Source of the DNA: Macrostomum lignano
Taxonomy: Eukaryota
Length of the DNA stretch: 64,000 bases
Direction: 5' to 3'
Assembly: GCA_002269645.1 (NCBI GenBank)
Contig: NIVC01003288.1
Location: 42,325-106,324 of the forward strand
A program made the translations under genes and the position numbers. Every line of letters starts with the position of its first letter. Position 1 is the stretch's first letter. Shown piece after piece: positions 37,461-47,900 of the stretch. The notes beneath the pieces were generated by a model. That model saw only the letters and a program-made list of their open reading frames with translations, did no database searches and was not told the origin of the DNA.

Positions 37461-40400
37461 ATGGCGGACCTGCTGTCCTCGGTTAACACCCTCATTGACA
37501 ACCTCAGCGACAGTCGTCAGCAGCCGCGCTCAGCAGCAAAGGTAGGTCTCTGGACTGTAGACCGTAGGACTTCATTCGGTTCTGGTCTAGTTGGGTTAAT
37601 GGATAATGCATCTGCATCCACAGTGTAGCGATGCATCAAATGCGACCAGGCCTAGAGTAGTGGAGGGGATATCAAGAGAAGTTTCCAGCTGGTCAGACTT
37701 GTTGAACTTGCTTGGCTGTCAAACGCTCAGCAGCCTGTCGAGCCGACCGGAACCGCAACTTCCGCTGCTTCATCGGCGGCCGCAGCAGCCGCAGCGGAGA
37801 TCGACAAGCAGCTGGAACGGCTGGACCGCCTGTTCGCCAAGTCGAAAGAACGCCGGCGAAGAAGGCAGCGAAACCGGAAACAGCCTGAGCAGAAGCAGCA
37901 GCAGAAGGAATCGCAGAAACGCGATGCTTGCGGTGGCGGCGGTGGCGGCGGTGGAGGCTGCAGTCGGAGTCCCTGCAGCAACTGCACTACCAGCAACTGC
38001 AACGCTCTGAACGTCCTTTCAATCAGCGACAGCTCGGAGGAGAGCCCCAAAATTGGACGATGTTGTGAGTCCGGCTTATCGTACTGGAGTTGTTTCCACT
38101 TTTGCAAGCAATAATCCGAGCTATTTACCTAGGAGTTCAATGTAACAATGTACTGTGTAGGTGCAGTTAACGCCGCAACCAAGTGCGCGCCTGCAACGAA
38201 ACAAGTAAAAGTCGAGGCTCGACAAACCCAGATTGAGCAGCAGCAACAAGAGCAGCCGCAGAAAAGGCAGCAAGTGCAGCAACCGGCTGCAACCAGCAGA
38301 AGCAATCGCCAAGCCGGAATGGCGGGCATCAGCGACACCCTGTCGCTTGTGTCGCAGAACGCGTCCAACCGAAGGCAGTACATTGTACGCCGCGGTCGAA
38401 AGCCACCGCCGGAGCACACAAAGAAGAAGCATCGACTGCAGCAGGGTGGCGGCAGCTGGCGAGCCGCCAGCCCGGACGGCCCGAACACTGGCGGCAACGT
38501 GGACTTCAACTACCTCAAGGACGGCTTAGGTGGCGGCCATGGAGGCAGCGGGATTAGTGGAAACGAGCCGCCCGAGGGCCGCGAGAATTGCGCGTGAGTT
38601 TGGAGCGGCTCGGGGGACAGCGAGATAGCTTTCAGTTAGGAAGGGAGTGAATCTGACATTAGGATGGAGTGACTCTGGGATTATGTGAGATATATTCTCA
38701 GAAGTATATGAGTACTCAACTACTCGTAAATTAAAATTAAAATAAGTATCGCAAAGCAAAGACAAAGGGACATTAAGATGAAGTGACATAAGGATGGAGT
38801 GACGTGATAATGGAGTGACATTAGAATCGAATGACATTAGGATGGAGTGACATTAGGATGGAGTGACATTAGGATGGAGTGACATTAGGATGGAGTGACA
38901 TTAGGATGGAGTGACATTAGGATGGAGTGACATTAGGATGGAGTGACATTAGGATTGAATTACATTAGGATGGAGTGACATTAGGGTGGAGTGACATTAG
39001 GATGGAGTGACATTAGGGTGGAGTGACATTAGGTGGAGTGACATCAGGATTGAGTGACATTAGGATTGAATTACATTAGGATGGAGTGACATTAGGGTGG
39101 AGTGGCATTAGGATGGAGTGACATTCGGATGGAGTGACATTAGGATTGAATTACATTAGGATGGAGTGACATTAGGGTGGAGTGACATTAGGTGGAGTGA
39201 CATTAGGATGAAGTGACATTAGGATGGAGTGACATTAGGGTGGAGTGACATTAGGGTGGAGTGACATTAGGGTGGAGTGACATTAGGGTGGAGTGACATT
39301 AGGATGGAGTGACATTAGGATGGAGTGACATTAGGATTGAATTACATTAGGATGGAGTGACATTAGGATGGAGTGACATTAGGATGAAGTGACATTAGGA
39401 TGGAGTGACATTAGGGTGGAGTGGCATTAGGATGGAGTGAAATTCGGATGGAGTGACATTAGGATTGAATTACATTAGGATGGAGTGACATTAGGGTGGA
39501 GTGACATTAGGATGGAGTGACATTAGGATGGAGTGACATTAGGATGGAGTGACATTAGGATGGAGTGACATTAGGATGGAGTGACATTAGGATTGAATTA
39601 CATTAGGATGGAGTGACATTAGGGTGGAGTGACATTAGGATGGAGTGACATTAGGGTGGAGTGACATTAGGTGGAGTGACATCAGGATTGAGTGACATTA
39701 GGATTGAATTACATTAGGATGGAGTGACATTAGGGTGGAGTGGCATTAGGATGGAGTGACATTCGGATGGAGTGACATTAGGATTGAATCACATTAGGAT
39801 GGAGTGACATTAGGGTGGAGTGACATTAGGTGGAGTGACATTAGGATGAAGTGACATTAGGATGGAGTGACATTAGGGTGGAGTGACATTAGGGTGGAGT
39901 GACATTAGGGTGGAGTGACATTAGGGTGGAGTGACATTAGGATGGAGTGACATTAGGATGGAGTGACATTAGGATTGAATTACATTAGGATGGAGTGACA
40001 TTAGGATGGAGTGACATTAGGATGAAGTGACATTAGGATGGAGTGACATTAGGGTGGAGTGGCATTAGGATGGAGTGACATTCGGATGGAGTGACATTAG
40101 GATTGAATTACATTAGGATGGAGTGACATTAGGGTGGAGTGACATTAGGATTGAATTACATTAGGATGGAGTGACATTAGGGTGGAGTGACATTAAGGTG
40201 GAGTGACATTAGGGTGGAGTGACATTAGGATGGAGTGACATTAGGATGGAGTGACATTAGGATTGAATTACATTAGGATGGAGTGACATTAGGGTGGAGT
40301 GACATTAGGTGGAGTGACATCAGGATTGAGTTATATCAGGATGGTGTGACAATGCTGCTTATTTTTATCAATCCAGTAACACGGTGGTCCAAGTGGAGAG

Positions 40401-40788
40401 GATGGTGAAGAGTCTGCAGCTGCTCACCGACCGTTTAAAGCGCCAGTACGAGCAGCGCCAGCGCCGGAAGCGGGTCGATCAGCAGCGGCGCGGCTTCGGC
40501 GGCTGCAGCTGGGAAAACTCGATGCCGGCCGCCCGCATGAAGGCGGAGATTCGCCAGGCGCAGGCGCGGGCCACGTGTCTGCGCAACTGCCTGCGAGCCG
40601 CGCTCGGCAGCGGCGGCGCCTGCGGTCCTCGCGGCCCCGCTGGCTGCGCAAGTGGCGACGGACCGGCAACCGCCGCTGTCGGCTGCAGACATCGGGGAGT
40701 CGCTACAGAGCAGGCCAGAGATCCCATCACCGACATCAAGTGCAAATACGAGCGCTGCCTGCTGTACAGCCGCTACGATGTCAAGTAG
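37461..40788 (+). CDS. Uncharacterised 4-exon protein (~419 aa, low-complexity/coiled-coil); exons 37461-37541, 37731-38064, 38161-38593, 40377-40788
   Basis: All three GT-AG junctions are phase-compatible (0, 1, 2) and total 1260 nt with no internal stop. AAAC-ATG-G start. Basic tracts ERRRRRQR and TKKKHR; C-terminal DPITDIKCKYERCLLYSRYDVK. Confidence 0.7.
38760..40345. repeat. 16-bp satellite (GTGACATTAGGATGGA) with higher-order structure, filling intron 3 of the uncharacterised gene
   Basis: About 100 units. Variant ACATCAGG recurs at 39041, 39679, 40317 (638-bp period); variant GGCATT at 39104, 39423, 39742, 40061. Confidence 0.95.
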
Positions 40789-41068
40789 GAATGGGATGGG
40801 ATGGGATGGAATGGGATGGAATGGGATGGGATGGGATGGGATGGAATGGGATGGGATGGGATGGGATGGAATGGGATGGGATGGGATGGGATGGGATGGG
40901 ATGGGATGGGATGGGATGGAATGGGATGGGATGGGATGGGATGGGATGGGATGGGATGGGATGGGATGGGTTGGGATGGGATTGGATGGGATGGGATGGG
41001 ATGGGATGGGATGGGATGGGATGGGATGGGATGGGATGGGATGGGATGGGATGGGTTGGGATGGGATG
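40789..41068. repeat. (GATGG)n pentanucleotide microsatellite starting directly after the stop codon
   Basis: Direct reading. Confidence 0.95.
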
Positions 41069-43081
41069 AAGATGATAAAAAGTGAGATCAGATCGGACAA
41101 GCATTTATGCGATGAGATTAAGCGGTATAAGTTTTGATTCTGATTGAATGCAAGCATGGGATAAGCCTGCATGGGATCATGGGAAGCATCGATGTCATCT
41201 TGCCCCGCCACTGCTCCGTCGCACTCCAGCTGGCCCTTTCTGCACATCATCGCCCCCACGCCGCCAATATTCGTTGACCCAATCTGCTGCGAGAATGACT
41301 GACCCCAGCAATTTCCAGTCAGAGCAAGCGGCCAAGATCTATTGACATTTTTCTCAGGTTTGAATTCTCGTGCGAACATTTTTTTGCTTTCGTATCTCTG
41401 CCCGAGTTCCTGTGTTATTTTTCCCGGAGACGGCTGCTTTTATTTGATGCCCTGTCCGCCTTTCCCGATCGCAGTACTTTAAATCATAAATTGTACATCG
41501 CTCAGTACAGCACAGACCGGTTCTGTCCATTGCGTCTCCGGCAGAAGATAACTAACTGACTTTCGTATCCGTGTACAGAAGTGCGGTTCCGCTGTAATGT
41601 AAGACATTTTTTGCTTGAAAATTACCTTTCAGTGAAGACCCCCTTCTCTGCTCAAGGCGACCAAGTCAGTGCTATATTATTCAGATTCAATGCAACTTTG
41701 GACTTTGGGACTTTCTTACTTCAGTTTAAAACGAATTTATTGAATTGAGTAGTATGTACAGCTTTTAACGGATCAATAATTCAGAGCTGATAGAAAACAG
41801 GTAACTTTTACAGGCAGCAAGCAGAATGGACGGAAGCAAAGTAGCTAGCATTAAATTAGTGTAACCATACTTTTGAACTGCAGACTAAAGAGAAACTTCT
41901 ACCGGATGAGGCTGGCAAGCAAAGTGCTGGCAAAATTTCAGTTTTCCCTGCCTTCTCAATGTTTCTTTTGCCGAATCGATTTTTTTTCATGGCCAATAAT
42001 AAATCTTTCTTTAAACTTTATCTAGACAGACCTGTACATCAGCCCTAAAGACACAATGCTGGCTCCATTTGCAAATTGAAGTTCAGAAACTGAGATACTC
42101 ACGTACATTTGGTGCATTCAGTGCTCAAACACTGACAATTTCCTACTCGCTAATGCAGTTTGCGGTGATATTATAGTATCTGTCTGCTTGAGCTTTTCAG
42201 GAGTGCGTCGAGTGCTTTTGCCGTAGACCCACAAGTTTGAGTTCTTGAATCACATTCTCGTTTCATTGTCGGCTGATTTTCCATGCAGGAATGGCATTCT
42301 TGCACTCTTTTGCGTGCAGGAATGGATGTCTATGGTAAAATCTCACTGAAAAAGCATTAGGCGCAGAAATGCATTCCTGCACGGTTTTGTGCATTCCTGC
42401 ACGATGAATCATCCGACAATGGAATTCCTTCACGTTCACTCGTGCGTGAAGGACATCGTGCACTCGTGCGCTAGCGCGCACTCGTGCATATGTCATTCCC
42501 GCACTCGTGACCGTGCAGGAATATATCATTCTGCGTGTGTTAATGATGTTTTGCCATAGAAATAAGCAATTCTGCACGATTGAGCCAGGGACTTACGAGC
42601 TACTCAAATCGAAGGACGTAAACCTAGGTATCTGGGAAAATTTTAGAAGGCAGGTTTTTACAGAAAAATACATTATGGAGATAGGAGGTTTTCATTTTTT
42701 CAGCACAAAAATTGCTATTGCTTTTGCTAGAAGGGAGACCCAGTGTAGGCAGACGAGAATGTGTGATCAAATGTGACACTCCGCGGACATGCACGGCTCG
42801 TTTAGAAGCTGCACTCGCTGCCAATGAAGAAACGAATGGATTTGCCGCTGCAGCTGCTCCGCGCGTCTTCGAGCTCCAACTCAACGAAGTCCTGCTTTGA
42901 AGTGTCGTCGGACATTGGACCGCCGTCCGTGCAGCCCACCGGGATGAACACAAAACTGCTGACGGCGTCCACTGGAAGCTGCAGGGAGCCGTCCGAGATC
43001 ACCGCAACTGAAATTCCAGATGGGGATTCTGCTGGCGTAGACATTTTCCTGAGGCAAAGACTCTGCGAAAATAGAACTTAC

Positions 43082-43341
43082 TAGAATGGCCTGAAGTGCC
43101 GACCTCCATGCTTGAGCTGGAGCGTCTTAGTTCCGGTTTTTCGAGTCCACAACAGCGGGTGCACAAGGAGCATCGGTGAGACTGGCTAACCGCTCTGATC
43201 CTTGCATGGGGCAGACCCAGCACCCGTTCATGGAGGTGACGCTGCCGAGCTCTCCTCCTCCAGCGGTGCACAATAGCGATGGTGAGTGTGACAGCCAGTA
43301 GGGCAGAGGTCAAGGCCACTGTGACTACAAACACAAGCGAT
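43082..43341 (-). CDS. Possible exon encoding a single transmembrane helix plus basic stop-transfer tail
   Basis: TTGCAG acceptor at 43342 and GTAAGT donor at 43081; encodes SLVFVVTVALTSALLAVTLTIAIV-HRWRRRAR. Neighbouring exons were not resolved. Confidence 0.35.
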
Positions 43342-44952
43342 CTGCAAGTTAGGAATTGAATAATAGGAACACAGAAAACTCTTTAAAAAATTGAAATCAA
43401 CTATGAGTGAGAATAATATTGTAACTTACGCGCTAAAGTCATAGTTCTCCATGAAAAGGGAATTTTTATTGAAAAGAATGCATTGCAGGCTAGACAGTGG
43501 CGGAGCATTTAAAGATTTTTTTACAACCGAGTCTCAATAAATAGTTGATTCAGCCAATTAGTTGTGAAATTATAGGCTGTAAACAGCACAGGAGGCGTGT
43601 GCAACCATCGTTTGAACACAGCGAATGCTCCTGGGTGCTATTTTTAGATATGCTAGGCACACAGCTGAGTCACACTCACTCTTGTTGACGGCGAAGCACG
43701 CAGGTGAAAGAATGCCAACTCCATTTCCTGAGATTCTCAGGATTCGCTTCTACTGATAAACTATCTTTATTATTGTGCCAGCAGCTCTGTAAGCATGTTT
43801 ATTTCTCACTATTAGCTGACTTCAGCAGTATATGCCGCAAAAACCTGCTGAGACAGAATCTGGCTTCAAGAAAGTTTAGAGCGAGTTAAATTGGAAACAA
43901 CTGGGCATTTTGATCGTTGCCGATGGAAAACAACACGGGGGAAATTATTGACACAAAGAAATCGACACGAGGTGGTGTCAGTTTTCAGCTAGAAATTGAT
44001 AGTTTCTGACAGCAAAAATCGCGATGTCAGAGTTAAACAGCTGTCGGATGGCTGCTTTTCGCCTATTTCTACATGTACACTGCATTGGAAGCATGGCCTA
44101 AAGCAGATTCAGAAATCGCACAGTATTTAGACTTGGAGTTATTCAAGACTTTACACTTATCCAACAGATGTATAGCCAAAGTAAAAGCCGTACAGGAAAA
44201 GCGAGATTGTACTTCTATCCCGCTCAGCCTGCACCAAAGTCAACAGTGAATTCACTCGCTGTTGGAGTCTCTAACTCTTTCTCGAAGGCACTCGTGGCAA
44301 AATTGAGCTGTACCACGTAGCCGTAGCCTTCCAAAATCTCGCGCAACGACAAGAATAGAGTTCAGCTTTGTAGCCACTGAAACCTGATCTCCAGCTGAAA
44401 GCTTCCGTTTTTTTAACTGAGCAATCAGTTTCTGCAACTGTCGGAAAATTCTTTGGGGAAAAACCGACCTTGATTTTTTGAGAAACTTTTTGTCTATTCT
44501 TTCAAATGAAGCCGGGCATTGAATGGCCGGCGAAAATATCCGAGTTTAGCGTTTTGTTTTTTACAACTCTTCGGATCAAATGCCCTGCGAGTGTGCAAAA
44601 CCTGGGCAACAAGCATATCGATTTGATCTTGGCTGACTCTGCAGAAGAGAAAGGCGCTGTGGGGGTGGGGCTCGAGTGACGCAGGACTTCGCAGCTGACA
44701 CGGATCTGATTCCACAGCTCAGCAGATTTTGCTCCAAATAAATTCCCGGCCCCGCAGAGCGACTGCGATTTCTGTGGTCCCCTTCAGAACTTCTGCTTTC
44801 AAAACTGTTGTCTTCAAAACTTTCGTTCTCAAACTGCAGGGCTGGACGCATTGGTGAGTGGTGATTGTCTTTTCTAGCGATTCCACGACTAGCACACCTA
44901 GTTTACAGAATCTTAAGCGGAACTCAACCTCGGATTGCTTTCAGATTACAAG

Positions 44953-47900
44953 ATGCGTCTCGCACTGCTACTCCTCAGTGCTCTTCTATTTGTGACTGTC
45001 TTCTGCGAGCTTGCCGATGCTCGTCAAGGCAAAAGGTGAGCTAAAAGCTAAGGTTGATTTTGTAGATATAACCTTTTCAAGGGATTTTAGCCTAGTGGTT
45101 TACAGCGTCGGACTCACGACTTATAGGTCGGGGGTTCGAGTCCTGAACTTTGTGTCCTTGAGCAAGAAACTTAACTCTGCATCGCTTCAGTTTACCCAGC
45201 TGTAAAATGGGTGCCAGCATTAGCTGGGGTAATTGAGGGTCTTTGGATTAAACAGCCATTACACAGCCTTCAGATGCGCCGCGCAATAGCTGAGGCTGTG
45301 CTGTCGGTTGCGAATCTGGCCCAATTTGGGCAGGTGTAATTAATCGTTATTATTATTACTACTATTAGTATTATTTTTATTTTATTATCGTAGAGAAAAC
45401 AGCTATCATTGCAAAAATTGTCGCCTCGGTCGTCGCGTATCAGGCAGTCACAATTTCTCGAGTTCACATTTATAAGGGGTCACCTTTTTATTTTTTTGTA
45501 AAAAGGTGAAATCGAGGAAAATCGGGAAATCGCTGCCTAAGTAGCCGTTAAAACCTCGGAGAGTGAACAAGCGAACCAAATGCGCATCGTCCCATCTTGC
45601 AGCAGAAGCATGCGCAGCTACTACAAGCGCATGCGCAGCAGCATGGTTAAGCTGAAAGGCCTGTCCTACAGTCGGACTCGCAGGGCCGCAGCCATGCGCG
45701 GCCGCAAAGCCCGGGTCAGATGGGCCCGCCGCTTGAAGGCCCGGCGAGTGCGACGAGCGGCGATTCGATATCGCGTCACTCGCGTCAGCCGGCGGATACG
45801 CAGGACCAGCTCGGTGGTGCGGCGGTCTCGAGTGACCAGCAGAGCGCGGGTCAGACGGGTCGCTAGGCGATCCAGCTACTCGCGCTGCAAGCTGGCTGCC
45901 ACTCGCTTCGTCTCCTGCACCAGGCGGCTGTACACTCGCTGCCCTGCTGGCTACAAGCGCAGAGGCAACATGTGCTTCCGGGTCTACTGTCCGAAGCCGT
46001 ACGTCCGTCGGGGAGCAAAGTGCGTCCGTTACAGACGCGTTGTTGCTCGCCGGATGGCCTGCCCTCGCGGCTTCACCCGCTACGGCAGCCGATGCGTCCA
46101 GCGGCTTGGACTGGCCTGCAGCGCCGGCTACCGTGTCTACAAGGGCCGCTGCCACCTGGTCCGCTGTCCTGCCGGGTTCACCAAAATTGGCAACAGCTGC
46201 CGCAAGAGCTGCCGGAAAGGCTTCACTCTGAAAGGCTTCACTTGCGTCCGAATCCGGACCAGATGCCCCAAGAACTACTACCGCGTTGGTGCTCGGTGTG
46301 TGCGCTATCGCAGCGGTCGGGCAAGGTAAGAATTTAACTGAATCCATCTGGTTGCCTCTAAAAGTAAAATATCAGTTGCTTTTAACTCTCAATACCATTG
46401 TTGCAACATTTCAGATGTCGATCTGGTTATAAGAGAAAAGGCAGCAAGTGTATTCGCATATTAAAATCTTGCCCGCGCAACTACAAGCGGCGGGGTAAGC
46501 GCTGTGTCCTTACCTGTCCTAGTGAACGGATTCCAAGGCGAACAAGAGACGGTCGCGTTCGTTGTGTCGTTGTGGTATCCAGGTGCCCTGTTGGCTACAA
46601 GATGAAACGGATCCGAACGCGTCGTGGCTATAGGTAAGTGACATTGTTGGGACTTTGTCGCCTCAGAAAATCTGGAACAGAAATACATCACATCTGTAAT
46701 TAATCTATCTACACCTAATCTAGAATCCAGTGCACAATGAACAGCGGCAGCTGCGCTAAAGGTTTCCGCAAGATCAGACGCTATAAACGCGGCTACTCCT
46801 GCGTGAGGATCGCTTGTCCAAAGAACTACGTGAAGCGCGGTAGCGCATGCGTTTATCGCTATAAAAAGCGTCGTCGATGCCCCAGCGGCTACACTCGGAT
46901 GGGATCCACGTGTCGGAGGATCCGCTGCCCCGGAGGCTATGTAAGGCGCGGCAGTCGATGCGTTTTCGTTCGGTGTCCAAGTGGCTACAGGCGAGCTGGT
47001 CGCATGTGCGTCAGGACAAGATTCGTTAAAACCTGCCCATCTGGCTGGGTGCGACACGGCAAGCTTTGCAGGCGGTTGATTTGCCCCTCTGGCTACAAAA
47101 AGGTCGGCCAGTACTGCATTAGTAAGTAGCAAACTCGACAAGACATATCTAAGCGTTACTTCTAAACCAAAACAAAGGAACTAAAGTGACTTATCTCTTA
47201 CTCCTCCAGACAACTCATGTCCCTCCGGTTTCGTGAGAAGGCGACGCATGTGCGTGCGAAGTAAGTTCCATTTAACAATTGTACAACTGCAAAACTTTAG
47301 GCAGCGGGAACTGCTGCAATAACAATTAGTCATTCAATTATTCACTTTCAGCTCACTGTACAGCTGGATACAAGAAGAAAGGAAAGCTATGCGTTCGTAA
47401 GTAAAAAAAGCTAAACTTCGAATCTCAGAACTATGAGATATAAATTATTCAATGCAATTTGCTTTCTACGAGTATATTCCAAAATTTTCAGGGAATTGTC
47501 CGAAAGGCACAAAAAAATCTGGACGATTCTGTGTCAGAATGAGATGCCCAAAACGTTTTCGACGAGTAGGAAAAAGTTGCGTCCGAAGTAAGCACTCATT
47601 AAATAAATGTTCGAAAGTGCTGTGAAATGCAGAGAGCATCTTAAGATACCAGCTTATGCAAAATCTGACCTTCCAGCAAAATGTCCCAGTGGTTACGCTA
47701 AGCGATATGTCCGACAGAAAGTCTACACAGGGCGCAAAGTCTCCGGATCAGTGAGAAAGTGCAGCTGCATCGGAGCCAAGACTGGCAAGAAACCGTCCAA
47801 AAAGAACGCCATCGACATGGCATTCGTGGTCGACGTGACCGGCAGCATGGGATCGGTGATCCGCGCGATCAAGGCCAAGATCCGCGAGGTTATCAATGCG

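Noticed and set aside
40435-41379. HPIPS / GMGWD repeat ORFs
   Set aside because: Translations of (GATGG)n joined to antisense of a real exon
45267-45333. Possible extra small exon (SLQMRRAIAEAVLSVANLAQFGQ) in intron 1 of the giant gene
   Set aside because: It ends in phase 0 and I found no compatible downstream acceptor, while exon 1 joins 45603 directly in phase 2; needs cDNA
45448-47141. Ala-rich minus-strand ORFs (299 aa, 226 aa)
   Set aside because: Antisense shadows of Arg-codon-rich exons of the giant gene
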